Sequence record: OR296290.1
From: Escherichia phage SDYTW1-F1-2-2_3
DNA: 64,000 bases
Strand: one strand, 5' to 3'
Part shown: piece after piece, positions 1 through 9,062 of the stretch
Layout: each line of letters opens with the position of its first letter
Position numbering within the stretch: the first letter of the stretch is position 1
Notes under the pieces: generated by a model
Told to the model about the DNA's origin: nothing
Seen by the model: the letters and a program-made list of their open reading frames with translations, nothing else
Databases searched by the model: none
Program-made: the position numbers and the translations under genes

Positions 1-372
1 TAAAGCCTTTGCTTCTTCCTCTCCTTCAAGAAGTGTTCCAGAACCAGAATGTAGATCATCGGGTCGAGAGAAGATTTCTTTAGGTATAAAAATATCTACT
101 GCTCCATCTTTATATCTACGACTCATCTCATTCCAAGAAAAACCAACTTGGTGCTTCTGTAGCTGTCGTGCAATTGCTATAGGGGCTTCGCATCTGAAAC
201 TAGCTTGTGGGTGGCGAAAAGGACTTACATGTCGTTCCCGAGCCAGGAAATTAATTAGACGGGTGTCACTCTCTTTTAGCTCCTCTCTTTCTACTCCCAT
301 GGTTACACGAGCAGCGTTGACTACTGTAAGATCAGAACCGAAGTTATCAATTAATGAAGCTTTGATTGTCAT
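1..372 (-). CDS. thyX: ThyX-like flavin-dependent thymidylate synthase, 5' part; gene continues past window start
   Basis: ATG at 372 with AAGGAGA SD. Manual translation MTIKASLIDNFGSDLTVVNAARVTMG...HVSPFRHPQASFRCEAPIAIARQLQKHQVGFSWNEMSRRY parallels the ThyX core, but the RHR motif reads KHQ. Confidence 0.6.
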   Translation of the reverse strand, partial: MTIKASLIDNFGSDLTVVNAARVTMGVEREELKESDTRLINFLARERHVSPFRHPQASFRCEAPIAIARQLQKHQVGFSWNEMSRRYKDGAVDIFIPKEIFSRPDDLHSGSGTLLEGEEEAKAL

Positions 373-838
373 TTATATAAGTCTCCTTGACTTTATTATA
401 TTCCCTAGAGGCTTCTTCTACGGTTGAGAAGAGTCCTATGTGCTTAGATTTAAATACCGCCCGGTAAGCAATAGAGCCGCTTTTTCTTCTATGAACAGTC
501 ACTCCAATTACTCCGGTTGATAGGTTATTACTCTGAGCTATTTTGTTGAGACCATTCCCTGACCTAGTAGTCCCTCTAAGGTTCTCTCTTTTATTATTCA
601 GTCTGTTGCGGTCTATGTGGTCCACTTCTTCAGGAAGTAATCCAGTGTCCCACCAGTAAGCAAGTCGATGAGCATAATACCTAACACCTTTATAAATGAT
701 TCTCAAATACCCATTGGTATTTACAGAACCAGCTATAGACCCTTTGTGTCCTTTTCCATAAGTTTTAACCCATCGGAAATCTCCAGTCAAGGGGTCGTAA
801 TCAAGAGCTTCTTTTATTGATGGGTCAATATCATTCAT
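347..838 (-). CDS. HNH homing endonuclease with AP2-type DNA-binding domain
   Basis: 163 aa; HRLAYWW...VDHIDRNRLNNKRENLR (HNH) then GVIGVTVHRRKSGSIAYRAVF (AP2-like). Last 8 codons overlap the thyX start. Confidence 0.7.
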   Translation of the reverse strand: MNDIDPSIKEALDYDPLTGDFRWVKTYGKGHKGSIAGSVNTNGYLRIIYKGVRYYAHRLAYWWDTGLLPEEVDHIDRNRLNNKRENLRGTTRSGNGLNKIAQSNNLSTGVIGVTVHRRKSGSIAYRAVFKSKHIGLFSTVEEASREYNKVKETYINDNQSFIN

Positions 839-853
839 CCGTGAATTTCCTTA

Positions 854-1063
854 TTAATATTCTTTTACATAATAAACCACTAAGGTTCCCATCTCTGACA
901 GTGTTGATTTATGTAAGCTTACTTTACTATAAATCTTTGGGGTCATCTTAAGAGCCTTCTTAAAACGGCGAGCATCTTTACGAGTAGCAAAGTGCTCTGT
1001 AACAGGTATAGCCGGGTCTTGGTAGAGGTAATATACCACCGTCCAATATTTTTTCATAATCAA
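854..1063 (-). CDS. small protein, VYY-tail paralog family (copy 1)
   Basis: 69 aa; shares W..v....TRK.AR..KK...(V/I)YY pattern with 2917-3532 copies. Confidence 0.45.
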   Translation of the reverse strand: MIMKKYWTVVYYLYQDPAIPVTEHFATRKDARRFKKALKMTPKIYSKVSLHKSTLSEMGTLVVYYVKEY

Positions 1064-1332
1064 ACACCTAGGGCAGTAGTTAAGAATGCTTTCAGGTTTG
1101 CTTCGGTCTGCATACCAGAGAGACTATAGTGTGCACCACTATTACGGTCAGGTACAACGAAAGCAGGGATGCTTCTTACACCATACTTAACAGCTTGTTC
1201 ACGACCATCACCTTCAAGGATGTTAATCTCTTCTACTTCTACATCGAACTCCTTAACAACCTTCTCAAAGGTAGGAACCATTGCTTTACATGGAGCACAC
1301 TGATCACTATAAAACTTAATCACTTTAGACAT
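1060..1332 (-). CDS. glutaredoxin/thioredoxin-fold redoxin (CAPC active site)
   Basis: Track ORF trimmed to ATG 1332 (MSKVIKFYSDQCAPCKAM...); CxxC near N-terminus followed by a redoxin-like fold pattern. Confidence 0.6.
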   Translation of the reverse strand: MSKVIKFYSDQCAPCKAMVPTFEKVVKEFDVEVEEINILEGDGREQAVKYGVRSIPAFVVPDRNSGAHYSLSGMQTEANLKAFLTTALGV

Positions 1333-1333
1333 T

Positions 1334-1510
1334 CTATTCCTTGTTAATAAACAGGTTGATATGACGTTGGGTAGCAGGAACAACAATAAAAGATTTATAC
1401 TGACCTTTTGCTAAGTCATGAGCAATCTTCTTTGTTTGACCAAGACCCATCACACAGCCACTAACGATAATGGCATGTGCTTGCAACTCTTCAGGGAGTT
1501 TTAGTTTCAT
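1334..1510 (-). CDS. hypothetical protein (58 aa)
   Basis: Below track cutoff; ATG 1510, stop 1334-1336; fills gap between flanking genes. Confidence 0.3.
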   Translation of the reverse strand: MKLKLPEELQAHAIIVSGCVMGLGQTKKIAHDLAKGQYKSFIVVPATQRHINLFINKE

Positions 1511-1522
1511 TCTTCAGGTTCC

Positions 1523-1708
1523 TTACAGCATAGCAAGAATGATAATAAGAGGTAATGTTATAGCGAAATTAATAAGAACAGCGCTGCCTAGCTTGATAGC
1601 TTTAACATCCTCTTCTGATGGGTTTTCTTTAATTGCTAAATTTCGAGCTTTATATATAACAGTACCAATTATTAACGACCACACGGCCCACACAATCAGT
1701 GAAATCAT
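1523..1708 (-). CDS. small membrane protein (paralog A)
   Basis: 61 aa, MISLIVWAVWSLIIGTVIY... two hydrophobic segments; SD AAGGG upstream. Confidence 0.45.
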   Translation of the reverse strand: MISLIVWAVWSLIIGTVIYKARNLAIKENPSEEDVKAIKLGSAVLINFAITLPLIIILAML

Positions 1709-1717
1709 ATCAAACCC

Positions 1718-1897
1718 TTATGCAGTCAGGAGGTGAAGCAGGAATGGGATAACAACAGCTACGATAACCATGATGGTTGATGCTGTTTGAATCTCACCTT
1801 TCTTGTCAGGAGTTTCTTCAATAAGCTTGCCAGAAGCCCAATAGATACCACCACCAATAAAGATAGCCCAAATACCCCATACGATTGCTGATAACAT
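1718..1897 (-). CDS. small membrane protein (paralog B)
   Basis: 59 aa manual ORF MLSAIVWGIWAIFIGGGIYW... parallels paralog A; replaces track ORF 1759-2013. Confidence 0.4.
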   Translation of the reverse strand: MLSAIVWGIWAIFIGGGIYWASGKLIEETPDKKGEIQTASTIMVIVAVVIPFLLHLLTA

Positions 1898-1958
1898 ATA
1901 TCTATATCCTTATAAATAAGTTCGCCCCACCTCGGGTTAGGAGACAGGGCGGAGGTTT

Positions 1959-2522
1959 TTAGTAAGACACATCGCCACTTGAGTGGGACATGTTGCTCTT
2001 GACGAAGTAGCAATACTTGCCAAGACCTTCATTAATTTCTTGAAGCATACTCTGATCAACTGGATAAGTGGCTAAATCACCATCAAACTCATCCATCTTC
2101 TCTATAATACACATCAAGGTCATGCACATATCAGAGAGCATACCATCCATGTCTAGGTCAGCATTACCCTCTGAGAACCAAGCATGGGAGAGATAATTGG
2201 CTGCTGTAGCATCCACTTTAACACAGTGGTAACGCATACGTTCAGCAATACGATCTCCTACTTGCCGTGCGTAATCTTCCAGCTCATCAAACATACCATG
2301 AACACCCTGAAATCCTGCACCAGAGACGTTCCAGTGGTAGTTTTTAGCTTTAATATGCAAGAGTTCCATGTTAGCTTGTAAGCAGCTCAGGATGTGTTCT
2401 AGGCTGTTTCCACTAATCATACCCTGCATCGTTTCAAGGCGAGAGATTGAAAGCTCAGACCGGTCTAACATATTATAGTCGGCACGACCGATTTCAGGTA
2501 AATCAAAGACATTCTTATGCAT
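1959..2522 (-). CDS. Dps/ferritin-like protein
   Basis: NYHWNVSGAGFQGVHGMFDELEDYARQVGDRIAERM matches Dps signature region; start moved to ATG 2522 (GGAGA SD). Confidence 0.6.
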   Translation of the reverse strand: MHKNVFDLPEIGRADYNMLDRSELSISRLETMQGMISGNSLEHILSCLQANMELLHIKAKNYHWNVSGAGFQGVHGMFDELEDYARQVGDRIAERMRYHCVKVDATAANYLSHAWFSEGNADLDMDGMLSDMCMTLMCIIEKMDEFDGDLATYPVDQSMLQEINEGLGKYCYFVKSNMSHSSGDVSY

Positions 2523-2844
2523 TTGGGTTATCTCCATCAAGTTCAACTGAATTAGCAACGTTACGTTCGATGTTTGCCATTACCTGCTGGGTAATTACGA
2601 TGCAGTTCTGTGGGTCTACTGACTTAGAACGTCCCATTTCAGGGTCATACACCTTAACTCGCTTAGCAGTTGAACCTGTGACCTGAAGAACCTTCAACAG
2701 ATATCCCTGATTACCGATAGACCAAGCAACAACATCACGATTCTTGATAAAGCGACCAAGCATATCACGATGATAAAACTGTTGCATCACCTTGGATTTT
2801 GTAATCTCTTCAGTGGGCGGGGCCACTTTACTCAAATCTAACAT
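2515..2844 (-). CDS. hypothetical protein
   Basis: 109 aa; AATGTATATA motif about 38 nt upstream of ATG. Confidence 0.5.
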   Translation of the reverse strand: MLDLSKVAPPTEEITKSKVMQQFYHRDMLGRFIKNRDVVAWSIGNQGYLLKVLQVTGSTAKRVKVYDPEMGRSKSVDPQNCIVITQQVMANIERNVANSVELDGDNPNA

Positions 2845-2916
2845 AACTCTCTCCTGTAAAATACAAATTCTTATTGTACTCTATATACATTTGAGAGTTA
2901 CCATATCTACTACCAA

Positions 2917-3126
2917 TCAGTAGTAAATTACTTTAGACATAAAAGAACCCGAGTTAGGGTCTTCGTACCAGCGATGTATATCAGCGCTTTTTACTATTGT
3001 GCCCAGAGTCTTCAACTGTTTCTTAGCAATACGAGCCTCTTTGCGAGTGTCAAACAATTTGATGCTATCTTTTCTCGTGTGTTGATCAAGATCCCAAACA
3101 ACACGAATCGCCCACATCTTTTTCAT
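2917..3126 (-). CDS. small protein, VYY-tail paralog family (copy 2)
   Basis: 69 aa, ends VIYY; tandem with next two copies. Confidence 0.5.
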   Translation of the reverse strand: MKKMWAIRVVWDLDQHTRKDSIKLFDTRKEARIAKKQLKTLGTIVKSADIHRWYEDPNSGSFMSKVIYY

Positions 3127-3335
3127 TAGTAATGTACCTTTCCGCTGATATAAACACGACCAGAAGAATACTCCTTGGCCTTATGGATACTGATACTGTT
3201 GACCACGTCACCAGTAAGCATAGTCTTTTTAAAATCTCGAGCCTGTTGACGAGTAGGAAGTGCAGTCATAGTCATACCACCTGATGCCCACTTAATCTTT
3301 GCTAACCAAAACTGTCTCATAGTGATTGGTCTCAT
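3126..3335 (-). CDS. small protein, VYY-tail paralog family (copy 3)
   Basis: 69 aa, ends KVHY; stop/start abut neighbours. Confidence 0.5.
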   Translation of the reverse strand: MRPITMRQFWLAKIKWASGGMTMTALPTRQQARDFKKTMLTGDVVNSISIHKAKEYSSGRVYISGKVHY

Positions 3336-3532
3336 TAATAATAAACCTTGCTGTTGGCAAAAAGAGCACCTTCGTTATTCACAATAGCTTTTCCTATTGT
3401 AACCTTATTGAGTCTAAAAGTAGACTTGTATTGATTTTTGACCCTACGTGCGTGATCTCGAGTCTTAACAAAATCTAAAGCTACTAACTCTCCAGTCGTG
3501 TTATCATGTACACGAACAATCCACTTTTTCAT
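3335..3532 (-). CDS. small protein, VYY-tail paralog family (copy 4)
   Basis: 65 aa, ends KVYY. Confidence 0.5.
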   Translation of the reverse strand: MKKWIVRVHDNTTGELVALDFVKTRDHARRVKNQYKSTFRLNKVTIGKAIVNNEGALFANSKVYY

Positions 3533-3735
3533 TTTATTAAACCCTTCATATAGTTATAAAGATCATTAGAGGCTTTACCCCATTCAAGGTGCTTCTTATC
3601 CATATAGCTCTTACAAGCTTCTTTACTACTTTCATCACAAGTATCAAATCGATGACATGCTCGACCAAATGTCATAGCTTTTAATTGAACCTCGGTAGTC
3701 AAACCTTTCAGTTCTTGGAACTCTTCTTCAGTCAT
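3529..3735 (-). CDS. hypothetical protein (68 aa)
   Basis: ORF packed between flanking genes with 4-nt overlap. Confidence 0.4.
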   Translation of the reverse strand: MTEEEFQELKGLTTEVQLKAMTFGRACHRFDTCDESSKEACKSYMDKKHLEWGKASNDLYNYMKGLIK

Positions 3736-4269
3736 TTACACACCTTTAGATGCAACCACACCTTCAGAATTATTATAACGGCCTTTCACTGCATAGGAAT
3801 GTTCCCCTGCATGAGAGTGCTCAAACATAACCATCTGACCGACACGCATACCAGCACGAACTCGTAAGCTGTGGTGTTTGGTTACATTGTGGAATTCAAA
3901 CGTCAGCTTACTGCTGTTAAATCCTGCATCTGCCCATCCGGCGTGAAGGTGGTTCAAACCACAACGAGCCATAGACGAACGCAGAACAAACAGACTTGAG
4001 ATGTTATCTGGAAGATTAAACTCCTCCATGGAGTGAGCCAAGAAGAACTGACCCGGAGTGATAACCAAACCCTCTTCAGGAATCTTTACTTCCTTCCACT
4101 GAAGATTCTCTTTCGCATCAATATCAACGATGCCATCAGCCTGTTCTTCAACAAGGATAGTATCACCAATACGGATATCCACACTAGCAGCGTTAACATA
4201 CTTATGCTCCGCATCCAGATAGCCATTATCAATTACATCGTGCAGTTCAACACTTCCTAGTAAACTCAT
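3736..4269 (-). CDS. dCTP deaminase/dUTPase-fold protein
   Basis: RSSMARCGL...AGWADAGFNSSKLTFEFHN resembles dCTP deaminase signature. Confidence 0.65.
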   Translation of the reverse strand: MSLLGSVELHDVIDNGYLDAEHKYVNAASVDIRIGDTILVEEQADGIVDIDAKENLQWKEVKIPEEGLVITPGQFFLAHSMEEFNLPDNISSLFVLRSSMARCGLNHLHAGWADAGFNSSKLTFEFHNVTKHHSLRVRAGMRVGQMVMFEHSHAGEHSYAVKGRYNNSEGVVASKGV

Positions 4270-4278
4270 TCTTATTCC

Positions 4279-5577
4279 TTAGTTATTTGTTTCCATGTCA
4301 AAAGAGATTCCACGACCCGCTTCATCGGCAAACCGAACTGTACGGGTTTGAGGCTCTAATACTTCAGGGTTGTTAGCAACAAACCGATCAGCGAGATTGC
4401 GGCTGACGGTCTCAGCTAATTCACCATGAGAAGGGACGTCAAGATCACCAACAGCGAAACCCTGACCAGAGAACTGGTGACGGCTGACAGTCAAACCATT
4501 TGATTGACCATTAGAACGTCTAGACAACCACCGCTCAAATGAATCGCCAGTAACACCAAGAGCTTCTTCAAAAGATGTTCTACGAGTAGAGCTTAGATTT
4601 CGTGCTTCGTTTGCTCGACGTCTTGCAGGGGCTACAAACACCCCTTCAACTGCATTGTGTCGGTTAGGTTCATCTTCCCGACCAAGGAGATCTCCTCCTG
4701 TATTGGTTGTTAAGTTTGTTAACCCTTCAGACCAATACGCACGAATCTGACTAGAGCCATTAACACTTGACATTAACTGAATCTCTTCGTAAGGGATTCC
4801 AAAGAATCGACTCATGTCTTGGTCAACACAATATTGAGGACTTGCTGTGTCGCCAATAAGAGATACTTGACCTTGACTATTAACCAGATCCCTGACCATT
4901 TGAGGTATAGGTTGTTGCCGAGCATGTGCCATATAATGAAAAGCAACTCCCGGGGTTTGGAACCTTAACACTTGTGAGTTAGGCCACTTCTTGTGGACAT
5001 ATTTAATCTCTCGAGCAGTCACAACCACTGGAATTGGAGAAGTCATAGCCAAGTATCCATGAACGGTCATGAATAGCTTATCAAGAGTCATAGCACCACG
5101 ACACATCATAGGAAAATTACCCAATACCTCTTCAATAGAAGTAGGATAATTAAACATGAATTGGATACGAACCCCATTCCACTGAAACTCAATGATATCA
5201 GTGAATGTTAATTGAGAAGTTCCTGTGTATGGCTCATCTGTAGCTTCAGCAAGAAGGGATGAATACTCAATATCTTGTGATTCAAGCCATTCCTTCACGT
5301 TACTTTCAATCTCTCTTCCAAGAGCTTGCCAACGGTCAGTTGGGATGAACATGTTTTGAGTTCTTGGTGTTTGTCCTCTGACAATAAAGATATCAATGTC
5401 ATGTGGAGCTGTGTTATTAAGCACAGCATCACGAACAGCCCCACCAGTAATGAGGGGACAGATACCGTCTGGAACCAAGTTGTTGTTAATCAACTGTTCA
5501 ATGAAATGACGACCAACAGTAATATCAGGTTGTTGAGCAACCTTATCTTCAATTCGGTTAATCGGAATAACAATCAT
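4279..5577 (-). CDS. Pol-beta superfamily nucleotidyltransferase (CCA-adding / poly(A) polymerase-like head)
   Basis: Start set to ATG 5577 (MIVIPIN...), 1 nt after exonuclease stop. Motif GGAVRDAVLNNTAPHDIDIF matches the GGxVRD...DxD NTase signature. Confidence 0.6.
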   Translation of the reverse strand: MIVIPINRIEDKVAQQPDITVGRHFIEQLINNNLVPDGICPLITGGAVRDAVLNNTAPHDIDIFIVRGQTPRTQNMFIPTDRWQALGREIESNVKEWLESQDIEYSSLLAEATDEPYTGTSQLTFTDIIEFQWNGVRIQFMFNYPTSIEEVLGNFPMMCRGAMTLDKLFMTVHGYLAMTSPIPVVVTAREIKYVHKKWPNSQVLRFQTPGVAFHYMAHARQQPIPQMVRDLVNSQGQVSLIGDTASPQYCVDQDMSRFFGIPYEEIQLMSSVNGSSQIRAYWSEGLTNLTTNTGGDLLGREDEPNRHNAVEGVFVAPARRRANEARNLSSTRRTSFEEALGVTGDSFERWLSRRSNGQSNGLTVSRHQFSGQGFAVGDLDVPSHGELAETVSRNLADRFVANNPEVLEPQTRTVRFADEAGRGISFDMETNN

Positions 5578-5578
5578 T

Positions 5579-6133
5579 TTACATTTTCCAATATAATGAA
5601 GGTGGGTCGTAAGGGTCAAATCCTGTGAGTTCACACAAGTATTTATAAACCTTAACGGTTAAGTTAACGTCCTGTTCACAATAAGTAAACATATCTTCAG
5701 TGAAAGCATCCCATGCTTCCTCTTGCTCACCGTAATCACCTTTAAGTTCCTCTAAGAACTCACCCCATTGCTTCAAGCCATGACCTCTTGGGCCATGTCT
5801 AGGGTCACCTTTCGGGTACTCAGGACTGTCACCAATACGGTCAGGTTTAAGATATCGACTAAGACATAGAGTGTCGAAGACGTTAAAATGATATTTAATC
5901 AGATTGGGATACATCTTCTTCAGAGCACAAAGGTCGAAGTCAATAATATTATGACCTACTAGCACATCAGCTTCTGTAAGTTTACGAATCCCATCTTCAA
6001 TTTGGTGAGGCCGATAGCCCCACCTTTCACCAGTTTCAACATCGAAGATGTAAATACACCACACTTTAGTTATGTCATCGTACAGTGCATTACTCTCGAT
6101 ATCAAATGCAAACACTTTCTTTTTCTTTACCAC
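5579..6133 (-). CDS. DEDDy-type 3'-5' exonuclease
   Basis: GTG start; Exo I FDIES, Exo II HNIIDFD, Exo III YCEQD motifs. Confidence 0.7.
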   Translation of the reverse strand: MVKKKKVFAFDIESNALYDDITKVWCIYIFDVETGERWGYRPHQIEDGIRKLTEADVLVGHNIIDFDLCALKKMYPNLIKYHFNVFDTLCLSRYLKPDRIGDSPEYPKGDPRHGPRGHGLKQWGEFLEELKGDYGEQEEAWDAFTEDMFTYCEQDVNLTVKVYKYLCELTGFDPYDPPSLYWKM

Positions 6134-7917
6134 GGTGAAGCTCCATCTGCTTGATTGACGAGAGAAGCTGCATCCTCTCCGTTAGTCAAAACGAATGGAT
6201 TATCTTCATCAACTTCAAAGTCTTCCCTTTCTACAAGTCTACCGGTTTCGCTGATATACTTAGTATAGCAGACACCCGTCTGACCGTAGTTACGTTCTTT
6301 CAGTAACCGAATGACTGAGAGGTTCTTAGCTAAGCCGTCAGCTTGCTTGTCACGCTCAAAGCCAATGATACACTGACACCAACGCATAAGGGAACGAGAG
6401 CCAGTGAACTGCACTTCACGTACCTGTCCACCTTCTTCATGAGGGGCACCACCTGCCGGAGCATTAAGGTGAGATAGCACGAAAGCGGTAAAGTCTAACT
6501 CTTTACACATACCAGCAAGCTCAGAAGCAATCTTACTGATTTCAGTGTTAATCTCTGAAGGTGTTAAATGAGACACCAGAGCGGTAATGTTATCAAGGAT
6601 GATAAACTTACACTGGTTTTCAACTACCCAGAAACGGATACACTGTTTAATGTCTTCCCATTCGTTCTGCCCAAAGTTGTCATATAAGAAGAATTTATCT
6701 GCATAACGAAGTGCTTCATTACGCAAATCCTCCTCGTCATATTCAACATCGGGTCGGTGGAAAGGAATTGATGCTGACTTACCAGCGATGTTCTTAACAG
6801 ACATGCCTACCTTCTCTTCCAAGAAGAAGCCACCCCCATTAAAACCATGCTCTAAGCACAGATGAGCAACCAGCTCGTGAGCAATTAGTGTTTTACCACT
6901 ACCTACACCACCACCGATTGCTACCACCTCTCCCCATCGAATACCGAAGGTCATCTCGTTCAGAGTTTTCCACGGATATGGGATACCCCACTCCGCTTTC
7001 TTCAGAGCATCATCAAGGCAATCGAAGATTGTTACAGCGCCAGCAGGAGATTCTCGCTTTGCTGAATACTTAAGGATATTGAATAACTCTTGACCACGAC
7101 CAGACAGAAGCATGTCATTCGCATCCTTAATTTCTTTCTCCACACCGTTGTATGGGAAAGTTCCTTTAGGGATACGAGCAAACTTGACATGAGGGAATAA
7201 AGAACGACCTTTTGTTAAAGCTATCTCACCTGCATCGTCGTTGTCCATGCAGAGCACAACCTCCTCAAAACCATTTACGAAGTCTCGATTACGAGACAAC
7301 ACAGAAGAGATTGAACCTGCACCGAACGGTAAAGAAACACATGCTGGTTTAATGTTTGTTGCATTTGTAAAAGCTGTAAGGACATGGAAACCAGACATAC
7401 AAGATAGCGGGTCTTCAAAAATGAATAGCTTCTTGTTGTACACATCTCCACGCTGAGCCTGTGCCATACCAAATAAATCTGCTTCTTTCACACTGCCAAC
7501 GTAATAGAACTTCTTACTGTCAAGCAGCTTAACCTCATAACCGACAATGTTTCCATCACGTTCACGAGGAAAGAAGTAGCTGTCTGGAGTCTGACCATCA
7601 GTCTGACTTAGACCAATGCGACACTCAAAACGCTCTGATACGGCTTTAGGTATTAAACGTCGAGTAAGTTCACCCTGAGGAAGTTCTAAGCAATCATCTA
7701 AGACTTCTCTTAACTCTTCAGGGGATAACTCTTTCTTCTCGTTTGGAGTAGGTGTAGTGCCCTTTTCGAACACTTCGTAATTCCCACAACGGTTACAACT
7801 TCCCCACTCCTCACCTGTCTCTTCGTTACGGAAGAGAATCATGTGGTTGTGGGTTTTATCACGACCATGAGAGATACATTCCTTACAACCTGTGTCTCCC
7901 AAAATGATCTTTGACAT
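6127..7917 (-). CDS. primase-helicase (T7 gp4-like)
   Basis: N-terminal Cys4 zinc ribbon (CKEC...CNRCG), central primase region, C-terminal DnaB-type helicase with Walker [10 protein letters not shown]. Confidence 0.85.
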   Translation of the reverse strand: MSKIILGDTGCKECISHGRDKTHNHMILFRNEETGEEWGSCNRCGNYEVFEKGTTPTPNEKKELSPEELREVLDDCLELPQGELTRRLIPKAVSERFECRIGLSQTDGQTPDSYFFPRERDGNIVGYEVKLLDSKKFYYVGSVKEADLFGMAQAQRGDVYNKKLFIFEDPLSCMSGFHVLTAFTNATNIKPACVSLPFGAGSISSVLSRNRDFVNGFEEVVLCMDNDDAGEIALTKGRSLFPHVKFARIPKGTFPYNGVEKEIKDANDMLLSGRGQELFNILKYSAKRESPAGAVTIFDCLDDALKKAEWGIPYPWKTLNEMTFGIRWGEVVAIGGGVGSGKTLIAHELVAHLCLEHGFNGGGFFLEEKVGMSVKNIAGKSASIPFHRPDVEYDEEDLRNEALRYADKFFLYDNFGQNEWEDIKQCIRFWVVENQCKFIILDNITALVSHLTPSEINTEISKIASELAGMCKELDFTAFVLSHLNAPAGGAPHEEGGQVREVQFTGSRSLMRWCQCIIGFERDKQADGLAKNLSVIRLLKERNYGQTGVCYTKYISETGRLVEREDFEVDEDNPFVLTNGEDAASLVNQADGASPW

Positions 7918-7943
7918 GCTCTTCCTCCTTGGAATCCTTGAGC

Positions 7944-8147
7944 TTAGTAGAACGAACGAATTTCATCCCACACTTGTTCCTGTTCTTTCCTATAAAAAGA
8001 AAGTTGGGTCTTGAACATCTCCACTGATGATTCAAAGTTTTTAGATTGTGCAGCTTCAACGAAACGTTCATGTCGGTTGATTTTGCACCGTAGCATTAAA
8101 TACTTGGCTTCAAGTCTCCGAAGAGCCTGTCTTTTCTCAAGATTCAC
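7944..8147 (-). CDS. hypothetical protein (67 aa)
   Basis: Track ORF in gap between helicase and GGCT genes. Confidence 0.4.
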   Translation of the reverse strand: MNLEKRQALRRLEAKYLMLRCKINRHERFVEAAQSKNFESSVEMFKTQLSFYRKEQEQVWDEIRSFY

Positions 8148-8556
8148 TTTTCAGATACTCTGACCAGTCGCCAGATTCAACCAGAACGTCTTGTTCTTCG
8201 TCAATGTGATAAATCCAAGCGATAACAGTTTCACCTGAGTCCAGCTTAACGGCAATCTGGGTGCGTTGATAGAAGCTGTCTTCAGGGCTACGTTTGTTGT
8301 AACCTTCCAGTCGGTCATATGGGCCTTCCAGACCTGCTTTGTCAGTAGCAAACACTTCTACACGAACAGGCTTATTGTTATTGCTGTGTGCAAGAGAGAT
8401 GCTTGGGAAGTAGGAACCACCATAACGGAACAGATCAAAGTTGTCTTCAGTCCAACCTTCACCAATTGACTTAGCACCAGCTCGGTCATTAACTAGATAA
8501 TTAGCTTGACCACGACGAAGAGAACCATAAGTTGCTACGTAAATTACTTCTGACAT
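8137..8556 (-). CDS. gamma-glutamyl cyclotransferase (AIG2/GGCT-like)
   Basis: VATYGSLRRGQANY N-terminal motif plus downstream EG...Y pattern typical of the GGCT fold. Confidence 0.6.
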   Translation of the reverse strand: MSEVIYVATYGSLRRGQANYLVNDRAGAKSIGEGWTEDNFDLFRYGGSYFPSISLAHSNNNKPVRVEVFATDKAGLEGPYDRLEGYNKRSPEDSFYQRTQIAVKLDSGETVIAWIYHIDEEQDVLVESGDWSEYLKSES

Positions 8557-8625
8557 TATCTATACCTTTGTTGGTTTGTTTAGTTTATCCGAACTAGCCT
8601 CCTATCTCAAAGAGGCTAGAGCAGA

Positions 8626-8811
8626 TTACTCTGTAATAAAGATTTTAATCACACCGCAGATTACTTCATCATTAAAAGAAGCAACAACTTCTTTATCCTG
8701 ACAGAACTCTACTTTACCATTATAAGAGTTGAAGTAGTCAGCGTCAATATCCATTGCTCGCATTTCGCCAGCTGCATTGGTGTCTTTAAACAGAACTTTA
8801 TACTTATTCAC
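8626..8811 (-). CDS. hypothetical protein (61 aa)
   Basis: Track ORF, leftward, abuts next gene. Confidence 0.4.
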   Translation of the reverse strand: MNKYKVLFKDTNAAGEMRAMDIDADYFNSYNGKVEFCQDKEVVASFNDEVICGVIKIFITE

Positions 8812-9056
8812 AGATATGTTACTCCCTTGTCTTGTTGTGCTTCAGAGATGATACGTTCTACGCATTCCATAGAGTATTTATCACCACGTTTTAGGAAAGT
8901 TACAATTGCAGAGAATTGATTACCAATCATTCGCTGATTAGTAATACCCCACTCCTCACACAATTTACGCAACTCTTTACGAGAGCCTACAATAAGAGGC
9001 TCTTTTTGTTCCATCATTCCATTTTGTACTAGATCTTCCAATGAAAACATATCCAT
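8808..9056 (-). CDS. hypothetical protein (82 aa)
   Basis: Track ORF with 4-nt overlap to downstream gene. Confidence 0.45.
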   Translation of the reverse strand: MDMFSLEDLVQNGMMEQKEPLIVGSRKELRKLCEEWGITNQRMIGNQFSAIVTFLKRGDKYSMECVERIISEAQQDKGVTYL

Positions 9057-9062
9057 ATATCC

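Noticed and set aside
1759-2013. 84-aa track ORF.
   Set aside because: Overlaps the Dps-like gene and masks a better 59-aa ORF (1718-1897) paralogous to 1523-1708.
4279-5634. Longest-ORF starts from the track for several genes (4279-5634, 18779-19090, 31410-31679, 32037-32729, 51121-52200, 57797-62422, 63487-63786).
   Set aside because: These extensions overlap upstream genes or lack an SD; internal ATG/GTG codons with SD sequences were used instead.
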